Notes under the pieces: generated by a model
Told to the model about the DNA's origin: nothing
Seen by the model: the letters and a program-made list of their open reading frames with translations, nothing else
Databases searched by the model: none
Translations under genes and position numbers: made by a program
In this document: positions 18,312 to 30,493 of the stretch, one piece after another
How the letters are laid out: each line of letters opens with the position of its first letter
Numbering within the stretch: position 1 is the first letter of the stretch
Assembly: GCA_038231275.1 (NCBI GenBank)
Contig: JBBRLQ010000026.1
Span: 32,001 to 96,000, forward strand
Reading direction: 5' to 3'
Source: Polyangiales bacterium
GTDB lineage: Bacteria > Myxococcota_A > Polyangia > Polyangiales > Polyangiaceae
DNA length: 64,000 bases

Positions 18312-18730
18312 CTACGCCCGTCGCTGCGCGAGGTAGGCGGTCACGCCGCCGAAGATGTGGATCAAGATCTTGATCCCTTGCAGCACCACGAAGAGCCCCC
18401 CACCGGATCCGATTTGGATGACCGCCGAGATGGCTCCGATGCCGTGGAGCCACATGATCCGGCGCGCCGCGGCGGGGTCGCCTTTGAAGATCTGAACCCC
18501 TCGCACGGCGTAGAGGACGATGAGCAGATCGGGAGGATCGTCTGGAACCCCGACACCGATCCGTGAGCGGCGCCGAGCCCGATGAGCAGCGTGAGTCCCG
18601 CCCAGTATGCGCTCGCGAGGCCGGCGCCGACCGCGGCGAGCACGAACATCGTACGATCGGGCGGCGGTCCGCCGGGCGCATACGGAAGCGGGCCTTGTGC
18701 GTTCGGGGGCTGGTAAGGGTTCGGGTTCAT
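18312..18730 (-). pseudogene. Frameshifted small membrane protein (pseudogene or sequencing error)
   Basis: Upstream frame (...FQTILP) continues in another frame as LLIVLYAVRGVQIFKG.... One missing base near 18527 would restore a 139-aa multi-TM protein. Confidence 0.75.
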
Positions 18731-19986
18731 CGGTGGGCCGCGCCGATGCTATCCGACGCCGGGGAGCGTGGGGTCTGCGTCGTCAGCCATTTTTTGAGGA
18801 CATCGTAGACCTCCGGCCGCGACAGCAGATCCAGGTGACCGACGCCGTAGGCGATCCATCGGTGGGTCTCCGGGAAGTCGAGCGCGAGATCGCCGTTCGC
18901 ATGGCGGCCGAGGGCGCTTTCGACGGGGACGAGCCCGTCGCTGGCGAGGCTCGTGGCGGGCGCGGGCGTCGTCGTTCCGGCGATCGCGAAGCAGCGGACA
19001 CCGTCCGGGAGCGCGAGGCGCCGGCGAGAATCGCGTCCATGCGCGAAGCGATCACGCCCCTCCCAGTGCTCGTCGAGGACGTAGCCGAATCGGAGATCGG
19101 TGACGCCGGCGCTGCGGAGCCGGCCGAGCCGCGACAGGGGCACGCTGTAGCGACTCACGCCGAGCAGGACGTCGATCATGTTGCCGCCGCGCTCGAGCGG
19201 CGCGCCGTGGTGCGGCGTTCCGATGCACGCGAGCGCGGTCAGCTTGGCGCGCCAGGCGTACTTCGCCGACTCCGCGGCGTGGCAGGCGCTTCGCGCGACG
19301 AGACCGCCCATGCTGTGCCCGACCAGCACGATCTCCTCGATGCGCACGGGCCAGGACGCGCAGAGGCGCTCGAGCATCTCGGCGAGCTCGCGCCCGTTCG
19401 TCGATACGTGCAGACCGGAGTTGTACCGGGAGTACACCGCGGTGAGCCCCAAATCGCGCGCGAGGGCGGCGCCGTGATCGTGCCCTGCGCGTAGCCATTG
19501 CCCATCGTTCATGCTCGACCCGTGCACGAGCACGACGACCCGCGCGCCTGCGTCCGGCAAGGCGCCCCGGAGCGCGGCGGGGTCGAGGTCGAGCGCTTCG
19601 CCAGAGACGCAGAACGCCATCGGCGTCGCGAGCGGGTTGCCCGTCTCGACGAGGTAGTCGCCGATGACGCCGTTCAGCACCGCAACGACGGCCGCGCGCT
19701 CGGGTCCAGGCACGCTCTCGCCGAGGAGCGGCGCGAGCTGCGTCAGCGTGAGATCGATCGCGGCGCCGACCGCGTGCGTCACGCCGCGAATGCTCCCGTA
19801 CACGAGGCCGGTGAGCACGCGCACGGGACCATCGAGCGGGCGCCCCAAGAGATCGGGCCCCGCCGCGATCGTGCGATGCATCGCCTCGACGATGCCCGTC
19901 ACCCTCTTCGTCGCGTCCACGACGAGGCGACTCGCGCCGCGAAGATCGCCCGCGTGGGAGCGCTTGGATTTTCGCTTCTTGGTCAC
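18727..19986 (-). CDS. Alpha/beta-hydrolase (PGAP1-like esterase/lipase)
   Basis: VHG, GHSMGG, GTPHHGAP, DGLVP, HLDL. Confidence 0.9.
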   Translation of the reverse strand: MTKKRKSKRSHAGDLRGASRLVVDATKRVTGIVEAMHRTIAAGPDLLGRPLDGPVRVLTGLVYGSIRGVTHAVGAAIDLTLTQLAPLLGESVPGPERAAVVAVLNGVIGDYLVETGNPLATPMAFCVSGEALDLDPAALRGALPDAGARVVVLVHGSSMNDGQWLRAGHDHGAALARDLGLTAVYSRYNSGLHVSTNGRELAEMLERLCASWPVRIEEIVLVGHSMGGLVARSACHAAESAKYAWRAKLTALACIGTPHHGAPLERGGNMIDVLLGVSRYSVPLSRLGRLRSAGVTDLRFGYVLDEHWEGRDRFAHGRDSRRRLALPDGVRCFAIAGTTTPAPATSLASDGLVPVESALGRHANGDLALDFPETHRWIAYGVGHLDLLSRPEVYDVLKKWLTTQTPRSPASDSIGAAHR

Positions 19987-19993
19987 TCGGCCC

Positions 19994-21184
19994 TCAGCGT
20001 GCCTCGACCGCGATCGCCGCGTCGAGCGCGCTCATCGCGCGATCGAGCTCGGCCTCGGTGTTGTAGTGCACGGCCGACACGCGCACGACGCCGGCCGGGG
20101 CGAGTCCCAGCGCGTCGACGAGGCGTTTCGCGTAAAAGTCCCCGTGGCGGATTCCCACGCCGCACGGATCCACGCGGCGCACGATCGCCTCGGGCGACGC
20201 CCCGTCCACCGTGAAGCCGATCGTGGGCACCCGCCGCGCGCGATCGGCGACGGTGTCGCCCCACACGCGCGCGCCGCGGACGCCCGCGAGCCACCCGAGC
20301 AGGCGCGCGGAGAGGCGCTCTTCGTGTTCGGCGATCCGCGCGAACGCCTCTCGTTTGCCGCCGAGCGCGCCAACGTACTCGTAAATTCCGCCGAGCCCGT
20401 GCGACAGCTCGTAATTCACGTTGCCGGGCTGCAGCTTGTACGGGACCTCGTCGATGAACCCGTGGTTGATCCCGGCGAGCCGCTCGAGAAGCGCGCGCTT
20501 GCCGAAGAGCACGGCCATGTGCGGCCCGTACACCTTGTAGAAGCTGAAGACATAGTAGTCGACGTCCCACGCCGCGACATCGACCTCGCGGTGCGGCGCG
20601 AAGGCCACACCGTCGACGCACACCTTGGCGCCGTGCGCGTGCGCGAGGCGGGTCAGCGCGGAGACGTCATGGATGCTCCCGAGGACGTTCGAGACATGGG
20701 GGAACGCGACGAGGCGCGTGCGCTTCGTCAGGAGCGGCGCGAGCCCGCGCTCTTCGAGGCGCAGCGTCTCGGGATCCAGTGGCCACACCTTGATGACGAC
20801 CCCGCGCGACGCGAGGCGCGTCCACGGTCCCACGTTCGCTTCGTGATCGGCCTCCGTCGTCACGATCTCGTCGCCGGGCGAGAGCTCCGCCTCCATCGCA
20901 CGCGAGAGGTTCTGGAGGAGCTGCGTCGTCGACGCGCCGAGGACGATCTCCCCCTCCGCCGCCCCCATGTACCGCGCCGTCTCGCGCGCGGCCTCGTCGA
21001 CGCGCGCCGTCGAGATCTCGGAAATCGCATACGAGGCGCCGAGCTGCACGTTGCTCGTGAGCAGGTAGTCGCGAATGCGATCGGCGACGCGTCCGAGCGT
21101 CTGCGAGCCGCCCGCGTTGTCCAAGAAGACGTAGCCGGCGGAGAGCGCGGGGAACTGCGCGCGGACGAAGTCGAGATCGAGCAC
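19994..21184 (-). CDS. Cysteine desulfurase-like class V PLP aminotransferase
   Basis: DNAGGSQ, DHEAN, VSNVLG, DGV, FSFYKVYG, RVSAVHYN. Confidence 0.9.
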   Translation of the reverse strand: MLDLDFVRAQFPALSAGYVFLDNAGGSQTLGRVADRIRDYLLTSNVQLGASYAISEISTARVDEAARETARYMGAAEGEIVLGASTTQLLQNLSRAMEAELSPGDEIVTTEADHEANVGPWTRLASRGVVIKVWPLDPETLRLEERGLAPLLTKRTRLVAFPHVSNVLGSIHDVSALTRLAHAHGAKVCVDGVAFAPHREVDVAAWDVDYYVFSFYKVYGPHMAVLFGKRALLERLAGINHGFIDEVPYKLQPGNVNYELSHGLGGIYEYVGALGGKREAFARIAEHEERLSARLLGWLAGVRGARVWGDTVADRARRVPTIGFTVDGASPEAIVRRVDPCGVGIRHGDFYAKRLVDALGLAPAGVVRVSAVHYNTEAELDRAMSALDAAIAVEAR

Positions 21185-21217
21185 GACGGCAGTACAGCAC
21201 GACTCGCGGGAGCAGTC

Positions 21218-24200
21218 TCAGCGCGCGCGGAAGACCTCGCGCCCGCCATGCATCACGAAGTCCATCTCCGCAGCGACACCGAACGTGGTCCTCACCGGCG
21301 TGGTCGGAAGCCCCAGCTCCGCCGCGAGCGGGTGGCTGTCGTAATCGCAGACGGTCACTTCGTGGGGCGACAGAATCGGCCGCCAGCTACGCATCGCCGT
21401 TACGCTGGCCTCGGCCTCGACAATCGCCTGGTACGCCGCGCGACCGCCCTCCCCGGCCTGCCGGAACTGCTTCAGGAAGACGAGGTTCATCGTCGCGTCC
21501 ACGAACCGCTTGGCGACGAGGTCGCGGACGGCCGACGCGAGCTCGAGGTCGGGTCCCGCGCGCTTGGCGATCGAGAGGAGTGTGCCTCGCTCGACGGTGG
21601 CGTCGGGGGCGTAGCGCCTCAGCACGGGACCGCGCACGTCGAGCCGTGTGAGCCCGCCGCTCCCGCGCGTCACGTCGACGTCCACGACGCTCTTGGCGAA
21701 GCCGAAGATCTCGCGACCTGCCGCCATCGCCGCGCCGCTGTCGACGAACACGTACGGCAAGAACCACGAGAGGCGCCGCGCACCCGAGACGCGCGAGAAG
21801 ATCGGGACCCACACCGACACGTCGATCTCCGGCATTCCGCCGCGGCGCGCGTGCTCCGGGTCGAGCGACGCGACGCGCGCTGTGAAGGCGCTGACGACGA
21901 ACGCGAACGGGGCCGCCACCTCGTACCTCAGCGCGCCCTTCGTCGGAGCCTCCAGGTAGCGGTGGACGAGCGCCTGCATCTTCCCTTCGTCGGCGCGGAT
22001 CGCGAACGCGTCGAGCTGGACGCTCTGCATGGCGTACGGCGGACGGAGCACCATTTCGTCGGGCCGGTCCACGTACGCCGGGCCGCTCGTCACGCGCTCG
22101 CGGGCGACCGCCGACGCGGCGCGGAGCCACGCGGGCTCGCCGAAGACGTGCGCGGGCTCGCCGATCACCGCACGCGCCGCCTGGAGCCCGCTCATGGCCG
22201 CCGCCTCGATGCATCCTGCGTCGAAGCCGGTTCGCGTCCAGTCGCCGCACACGACGAGGTTCTCGAAGCCCGTGTCGTGAGCGGGCAAGCGGTGCTTCGT
22301 GGTTCCGGCGACGGACAAGACGTAACGACCGGAAGGATCGGTGTTCGCACGCACGAAATGCGCCGTGAGCCGCGCCTCGCCGCACCGCTCCTCGACGTCG
22401 TGGAGCGTCGTCCAGTCGATCCCGCCGCGCGCGTCGGCGCCCTTGGGAAAGAGGTGTCCAGCGTGACGCGAGAGCCACGTGCCGGCGGCGTCCACGACCC
22501 GGGCGTGCTCGCGCGCGTGGTCCTCCGGCGTATCGGTGATCGGTGCGGCGCTCGTGTCGTAGGGACCACAAAAATACGCCAAATGCTTCACGCCGTCGTC
22601 GCGCGTCCACGACTCACGCGGCAAGAGGTGCGTCATGTCCGCCCACGTGTCGAACGGCTCGGCGTAGGTGCCGAGAACCGGCGGGGGCTTGGTCCAGCCG
22701 AGGTGCTCCAGGTCGCGCTTCAGCCACAGTTGCATCGCGAGCGTCTTCGTCGTCCTCACGTTGTCGAGCATCGCGCGCCAGCGGGGCTCGGCCGCGGCGA
22801 GCTCCTCGCAAATGGGCGCCAGCGCGCCGTGGGAGATTCCGAGGACCACCCGATCGAAGTCACGCCCACGCGCGAGCTCTCGCTCCTCCGCGGCCGGCCA
22901 ATCGAGCGACCAACTGGCAGGCCGCACGCCGAGACGAGAGAGAGCGTCTCCCTCTTCCAGCTGCTCGTAGAGCGGCGCCTCCGGCCAGCACGCGAGACCT
23001 CCGACGTCGACGAGCGGCCGGTACTCGCCGTCCTTCACGCGCGCTTGGCGAGCGACGGTGACGCGGTCGATCGAGCGCCCGTCCGTTGCGACGCCGAGCC
23101 GCATCACTGTGTGGAAGAATTCGAAGCGGACCCCCCGTTTCTGAAGAACCTCGTAGAGCGGCGTGAACACGGTCTCGCCCATGCCCGCTTGCATCTTGTA
23201 ATAGATGGCGCCGCGGTACCCGAGGAACATCCTCAGCGTCCCGAGCAGCGCTGTACCTGCGCCGGCGCCGTCGTCCCAGCTGAACGCGAGGTTGTAGAGG
23301 CCGCGGACCAACGACGAGCCGAGCGTCAGCTTCGATGCGCCATGCCGCTTCAGCCACGCGCGGTACTCCTCGTCGTCGAGCGCCGCAAAGTCCGCGTCGC
23401 GCGCGGTGAGGCCTTCGCGGATCATGCCGACGAGGTTCGTCGAGAAGAAGTCGATCATGATCCAAAGGCGGCGGGACGTGTCGTCCTTCGCGAGATCGTC
23501 CTCGAGCAGGCGCGCCGCGCGTCGCGCGAACGCCGTCAGTACGTTCGCCGCCCATCGCCACGGCCCCGTCGCGCCTGCATCTTCGCTCGTCGCGCCCTCG
23601 CCCGCTGCCCACGCGAGGAGCTGCCGAACGCCGCGGTACGACGCCACGCCGAGCGTGACGCCGAGGCCCGCCGCGCCGAGGTTTACGAGCGCCGCCGCTT
23701 CCTCGAGCGAGTCCGCGAGCTCGCCGAGCCCCCGCCGCTTCTCGCCGTCGCGTTCGGACAGGCCCTCCCGCGCCCACGCGCGCAGATGGTGGCTCAGGTG
23801 CTTGAAGCCGAGGAGCAGGTAGTCGCGAGGGCCCGGCGGCTCGCGCCCGTCGCCCGGGACCTCGGCGTTCTCCGGCGCCGCGAAGTGCCAGTGCCGCCAG
23901 CCCTCGCGCGTCTCCTCCTCGAGCGTGATGAAGCTGTGCTTCTTGAACGCGTCCTCCCACGTCGCGAGCGGCGCCGACGGCGGGCGCGCGAGCTCGTCGT
24001 AGCAACCGCGCATGACCTGGAACGCGTTCTCGTAGAAGCCCATCCAGATGTGTAGCCCGTGCTCCTCGATGCGATCGTGGTGCGCGCGGTTGCGGACGCT
24101 CGCTCCCTTGCCGCCGAGCAGCCAGCCGTCCTGATAGACCGTGACCTCGTAGCGCTCCTTCCAGTCGGGGGCGCGTGTGAGGGCGAAGGCGGCGGTGAGT

Positions 24201-24301
24201 GCTCCCATGCCGCCACCGAGGACGGCGACCTTCTCGCGACGTTGCACGCCGTGCACCACTGCACGCCGCGGACCATGCGCAGGTGCCTCATTTTCGGCCA
24301 T
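21218..24301 (-). CDS. FAD-dependent oxidoreductase (carotenoid desaturase-like) fused to an acetoacetate decarboxylase-like domain
   Basis: GGGMGAL, LGGKGAS, EEHGLHIW, CGDWT..GCIEAA..SG; C-terminal GREIFGFAK. Start uncertain. Confidence 0.82.
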   Translation of the reverse strand: MAENEAPAHGPRRAVVHGVQRREKVAVLGGGMGALTAAFALTRAPDWKERYEVTVYQDGWLLGGKGASVRNRAHHDRIEEHGLHIWMGFYENAFQVMRGCYDELARPPSAPLATWEDAFKKHSFITLEEETREGWRHWHFAAPENAEVPGDGREPPGPRDYLLLGFKHLSHHLRAWAREGLSERDGEKRRGLGELADSLEEAAALVNLGAAGLGVTLGVASYRGVRQLLAWAAGEGATSEDAGATGPWRWAANVLTAFARRAARLLEDDLAKDDTSRRLWIMIDFFSTNLVGMIREGLTARDADFAALDDEEYRAWLKRHGASKLTLGSSLVRGLYNLAFSWDDGAGAGTALLGTLRMFLGYRGAIYYKMQAGMGETVFTPLYEVLQKRGVRFEFFHTVMRLGVATDGRSIDRVTVARQARVKDGEYRPLVDVGGLACWPEAPLYEQLEEGDALSRLGVRPASWSLDWPAAEERELARGRDFDRVVLGISHGALAPICEELAAAEPRWRAMLDNVRTTKTLAMQLWLKRDLEHLGWTKPPPVLGTYAEPFDTWADMTHLLPRESWTRDDGVKHLAYFCGPYDTSAAPITDTPEDHAREHARVVDAAGTWLSRHAGHLFPKGADARGGIDWTTLHDVEERCGEARLTAHFVRANTDPSGRYVLSVAGTTKHRLPAHDTGFENLVVCGDWTRTGFDAGCIEAAAMSGLQAARAVIGEPAHVFGEPAWLRAASAVARERVTSGPAYVDRPDEMVLRPPYAMQSVQLDAFAIRADEGKMQALVHRYLEAPTKGALRYEVAAPFAFVVSAFTARVASLDPEHARRGGMPEIDVSVWVPIFSRVSGARRLSWFLPYVFVDSGAAMAAGREIFGFAKSVVDVDVTRGSGGLTRLDVRGPVLRRYAPDATVERGTLLSIAKRAGPDLELASAVRDLVAKRFVDATMNLVFLKQFRQAGEGGRAAYQAIVEAEASVTAMRSWRPILSPHEVTVCDYDSHPLAAELGLPTTPVRTTFGVAAEMDFVMHGGREVFRAR

Positions 24302-24419
24302 TCGTGATGCAGGGGGTGCACAGTGCACACGTTCGCTCCTGCACGCGGAGTGCTCCGGGTGCGCGTGGCGCGCCCTTTTGGCGGTCGCCCGCGCGTCCGT
24401 GCCGTAAGCTAGGAGAGCG

Positions 24420-25619
24420 ATGCGGCATCCCTCGATCTGGCTCGTGCTCGTGGCCGCCCCAATGGCGGCGGCGTTCGTCGCCAGCGGATGCGGCTCTTCT
24501 TCGCACGGCGACGCAACGCCCGGGGACGCAGGCAACGACGCGCCGATTGTCACCCCGCCGCCTCCTCCCCCTCCCCCTCCCCCTCCGCCGACCGATGGAT
24601 CCTCCGCGCTCGACTGCGCGACCGATCTCGCGGCGGACGGCGTTTACGCGCATCTCCAATGCGCGGGCCTCTACACGGATTTCGCGGCGAAGACGCTCGC
24701 GAGCGACGCGCGCGCGTACGTGCCGGCGCTCCAGCTCTGGGCCGACGGCGCCACGAAGCAGCGCTGGCTCCAGCTCCCCGCCGGCCAGAAGATCGACTCG
24801 TCGGACATGGACGAGTGGGTCTTTCCGAACGGCACGAAGGTGTGGAAAGAGTTCTCGCTCGACGGCAAGCGAATCGAGACGCGCCTCTATTCGAAATCGG
24901 CGACCGGGAGCTGGCGCCACACGACCTACCGCTGGAACGCCACCGACACCGACGCCGTGCGAAATGAGGTCGGCGAGCTCGTCGCGCGTGACGGCGGCGC
25001 CGAGGGGGGCGCTCCGCCGTACCAGGTCCCGACCGCCAACGAGTGCAACGACTGCCACGGCGGCCGCAAAGATCGCCTCCTCGGCCTCGAGCCCGTGAAC
25101 CTCGGGATGCCTGGCGCGCAGGGGATCACGCTCGCGTCACTCGTCGCCGAGGGCTTGCTCACGAACGCGCCGCCCGCCACGACCCTCGCGTTTCCCGAGG
25201 ACACGTCGGGGAAAGCCGCCGCCGCGCTGGGGTGGCTGCACGTCTCGTGCGGCCCGTGCCACAACCGCTCGCGCGACGCGAACGCGCAGAACAGCAACAT
25301 CCGCCTGCTCACGATGATGAGCCAACTCGCGGGCGCCGACGCCGGTGCCGACGGAGGTCCGGTACCCGTCACCGCCCTCGACGCGTACCTCACCACCGTG
25401 GACCGCGTCTCGCCGACGCCAATCCCCGGCGGCGACGGCGGCACGTCCTACGTGATCAAGCGCGGCGATCCCTCGGTGAGCCTCGCCGCCTACCTCGCGG
25501 GCCACCGGGTCGGCCCCGCCGGGACTCCGAACCAAAAGCAGCAGATGCCGCCCATCGTCACGCGCGTCCTCGACGGCGCGCACCAGAAGCTCGACGATTG
25601 GATCGTCGTGATCCCCTGA
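24420..25619 (+). CDS. Diheme c-type cytochrome-like lipoprotein (SO2930-like)
   Basis: Lipobox ASGC; LWADGATKQRW, FPNGT..KEF, IETR; CNDCH at 25044 and CGPCH at 25248; QMPP; AGGAG RBS. Confidence 0.82.
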   Translation: MRHPSIWLVLVAAPMAAAFVASGCGSSSHGDATPGDAGNDAPIVTPPPPPPPPPPPPTDGSSALDCATDLAADGVYAHLQCAGLYTDFAAKTLASDARAYVPALQLWADGATKQRWLQLPAGQKIDSSDMDEWVFPNGTKVWKEFSLDGKRIETRLYSKSATGSWRHTTYRWNATDTDAVRNEVGELVARDGGAEGGAPPYQVPTANECNDCHGGRKDRLLGLEPVNLGMPGAQGITLASLVAEGLLTNAPPATTLAFPEDTSGKAAAALGWLHVSCGPCHNRSRDANAQNSNIRLLTMMSQLAGADAGADGGPVPVTALDAYLTTVDRVSPTPIPGGDGGTSYVIKRGDPSVSLAAYLAGHRVGPAGTPNQKQQMPPIVTRVLDGAHQKLDDWIVVIP

Positions 25620-25652
25620 GAGCGACCGCTTCTTTTTCGCGACTCGTTGCCG

Positions 25653-27935
<2,283 letters not shown>

Positions 27936-27972
27936 CGACCGTCGCGTTTAGCACGTCCGCTCGCCGGCGACG

Positions 27973-29217
27973 TCAGCCAGCACGCGCGGCGGGCCGCATC
28001 AGCCCGAGCGCGACGCTCACCCCCGTCCAGAGCACGCATGCGGACAGCGCGACGCCGAGCACGACCGGTCCCAGGAGCGCCGCGCCGCCGAAGACCGCAG
28101 CGCCGAGCGCGTCGCCGGTGCGATAGACGAAGGTGTCGATGAACGTCTTCGCCTTGTACTTCTCTTCGCGACTCACCACGGTGAAGAGGACCTCGCGCGC
28201 GGGCTTGGCGACGCCGTAGTCGCACGCGCGACGGGCGACCTGGAACACGACGATCGCCGCGAGCGACGGCTCCAGGCCCACGACCGCGCAGCCGGCGAGC
28301 GTGAGGAGCGGCAACACGAGGAGCACCGGCCCGACGCCGACCGCGCGGAGCAGCGGCCCGATGAGCACGCCCTGCAAGACGAGACTGCCCATGTTCACCG
28401 CCAGATCCATCTTCGCAAAGAGCTCCGTGCGGAGCGCCGTCGTCGGGATCGCCGCCTTCACGATGCGCGCCTGCTCGAAGTAGACGAACGTGGAGGTGAA
28501 CGAGAAGAGGAGCATGTAGAGGACGATCGTAAGGAGGTACTTGCTCCGCGCCGCCTCACGGGTCCACGCGAGCACGCCGCCTCGGCTCAGCTCCACGTCG
28601 CGCGCGGCCCCGTCGGCGATCGGATCGTGGAAGATCCTCGACAAGCGGCGCACGCACCACACCGTGGCCTCGAGCAGCGCGGCGGCGAATATGAGGAGCG
28701 TCGCAGATCCGACGTGCTTCGCCAGCCCCGCGGTGACCGCCGAGCCCACCATCGCGCCGAGCGTCCCGCCCGCGCCGATGAAGCCGAAGAGCCGCACGCC
28801 CTGCTCCTTCTTGAAGAGATCGGCCATCAGGCCCCAGAAGATCGACACCGAGAACAGGTTGAAGACGCTCGTCCACACGAAGAACACGCGCGCCGCGTCG
28901 GGCCCGACGTTCGGCGCCCGCAGCACCCACGCGAACACAAGGAGCTGCAGCGCGAAGAAGCGATTGGTGATCGGGACGAAACGGCGGCGCGACATGCGCG
29001 ACACCAGCGCCGTCAGGAGCGGCGTCACGAGGAACGTCACCGCGAGCGTCACGAGGAAGAGCTTTGGCAGATCGCCGACCTTGCCCGCGAGCCCCATTGC
29101 GTCGCGCACCGGCCGCAGCACGTAGTAGGCCGCCAGCAGGCAGAAGAAATAGAGGAACGACACGAACGCCGCGCCGCGCTCGTCGGGGCGCGCCGGCATC
29201 AAGGACGCGAGGCGCAT
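27973..29217 (-). CDS. MFS transporter, NTP/NDP-exchange (TLC)-like
   Basis: YYVLRPVRDAM, FWGLMADLF, RLFGFI, KPAREVLF, KYKAKTFIDTFVYR; about 12 TM. Confidence 0.88.
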   Translation of the reverse strand: MRLASLMPARPDERGAAFVSFLYFFCLLAAYYVLRPVRDAMGLAGKVGDLPKLFLVTLAVTFLVTPLLTALVSRMSRRRFVPITNRFFALQLLVFAWVLRAPNVGPDAARVFFVWTSVFNLFSVSIFWGLMADLFKKEQGVRLFGFIGAGGTLGAMVGSAVTAGLAKHVGSATLLIFAAALLEATVWCVRRLSRIFHDPIADGAARDVELSRGGVLAWTREAARSKYLLTIVLYMLLFSFTSTFVYFEQARIVKAAIPTTALRTELFAKMDLAVNMGSLVLQGVLIGPLLRAVGVGPVLLVLPLLTLAGCAVVGLEPSLAAIVVFQVARRACDYGVAKPAREVLFTVVSREEKYKAKTFIDTFVYRTGDALGAAVFGGAALLGPVVLGVALSACVLWTGVSVALGLMRPAARAG

Positions 29218-29223
29218 GCGTCG

Positions 29224-30393
29224 TCAGCCCGCCGTCGGCCTTTGACGTGCGCGCCACGCCGCGAGCACCTCGGCCTCTCGCGCGCGCGTGATGCCGGCGC
29301 GGAGCTTGTTTCGCCGCTCTTCCGGGAGCGTCGCGAACCACGTGAGGGTGTCCTTCACCGTCTCCTCGAGCGGCCGGAAGGTGAGCCCCTTGGCGATCGC
29401 CCTCGCGCTCGAAACGCGTGCGATGCCCGCGTCGTCGGAGACGGGATCCACCCAAACGGGCATGTCCGACCATGCCTCGACCTTCTGCGACGCGAGGAAT
29501 TTAGCGTCCACCCACTCGAAGCGCGCGCGGCCGCCGGTCGCTGCGTTCGTGCGCGTGAGCATCTCGCCGACGCCTTGCCGCTCTTTCGGCCCCGCCACGT
29601 TGTAGACGCCCACGTCTCCGTTCTCCGCCGCGCGGATCATCCACGCGGCGAGATCGCGCACGTCGACGTACTGGACCGGATCGGCCGGATCGCCCGGCGC
29701 CATCACGTCCCCGCCGTCCTTGATGCGCGCCGGCCAGTACGTGAAGCGATCGGACCCGTCCCCCGGACCGACGATGAGACCCGGGCGCACGTTCGTGACC
29801 TTGCCCGGCATCGCCGCCTCCGCCGCGCGCTCGCACGCCGCCTTGAGCGGTCCGTAGCTGCCTTCGTCGATCTTCTCGACGTTGGGATCGGTCAGCTTTC
29901 CGACGGCGCCCGACTCGTCGACGCCGGTCGTCGGCGGCTTGTCGTAGACCGACACCGACGACACGAAGAGGTACTGCCGCGCGCCCGACAAGAGCTCGGC
30001 GGTCGCCTTCACCTTGCGCGGGACGAAGCCCGAGGTGTCGATGACGACGTCCCACGTGCGCCCGCGCAAGGCGTCGAGCGTCCCGTCGTCGCGATCGCCG
30101 TGGAGCTTCTCGACGTCTGGGAAGAGGCCCGGGTTCGTCTTGCCGCGGTTGAAGAGGGTGAGCGCATGCCCGCGCCCGCGCGCGGCGTCGACGAGCTCGG
30201 GTCCGAGGAACTTCGTGCCGCCGAGAATGAGGATCTTCATGGCCTTCCGTGGCGTGGCGCTCGTGCCGGGCGCGCCGGACAATGCCGCGGTCTTCGGCGG
30301 CGCAGGCTCGGCCCCCGCGCATCCAAGGAGACCGCCGGCGGCGGCGGTGGCGACGGCCGCTTGAAGGAGGAAATCACGACGATGGACGCTCAT
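29224..30393 (-). CDS. Tat-signal NAD-dependent epimerase/dehydratase (atypical SDR)
   Basis: RRDFL twin-Arg with LLGC; GGTKFLG; YGPLK. Confidence 0.88.
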   Translation of the reverse strand: MSVHRRDFLLQAAVATAAAGGLLGCAGAEPAPPKTAALSGAPGTSATPRKAMKILILGGTKFLGPELVDAARGRGHALTLFNRGKTNPGLFPDVEKLHGDRDDGTLDALRGRTWDVVIDTSGFVPRKVKATAELLSGARQYLFVSSVSVYDKPPTTGVDESGAVGKLTDPNVEKIDEGSYGPLKAACERAAEAAMPGKVTNVRPGLIVGPGDGSDRFTYWPARIKDGGDVMAPGDPADPVQYVDVRDLAAWMIRAAENGDVGVYNVAGPKERQGVGEMLTRTNAATGGRARFEWVDAKFLASQKVEAWSDMPVWVDPVSDDAGIARVSSARAIAKGLTFRPLEETVKDTLTWFATLPEERRNKLRAGITRAREAEVLAAWRARQRPTAG

Positions 30394-30430
30394 CCGCGCA
30401 CAAACACCGCAGGAGTCGATTTGTTCGCGT

Positions 30431-30470
30431 TTGACGATATTTCATATTTACGTTAACTATTATGCGTATT
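30431..30470 (+). promoter_or_regulatory. AT-rich promoter and probable ArsR operator
   Basis: TTGACG followed by imperfect inverted repeat ATATTTCA-N8-TTAACTAT in an AT-rich island upstream of the VOC-ArsR operon. Confidence 0.5.
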
Positions 30471-30493
30471 CACTAACCACAAACGGAGCGCCC

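Noticed and set aside
19664..24055. 1463-aa plus-strand ORF
   Set aside because: Antisense shadow of three motif-bearing minus-strand genes; Arg/Ala-rich with no motifs, typical of high-GC DNA.
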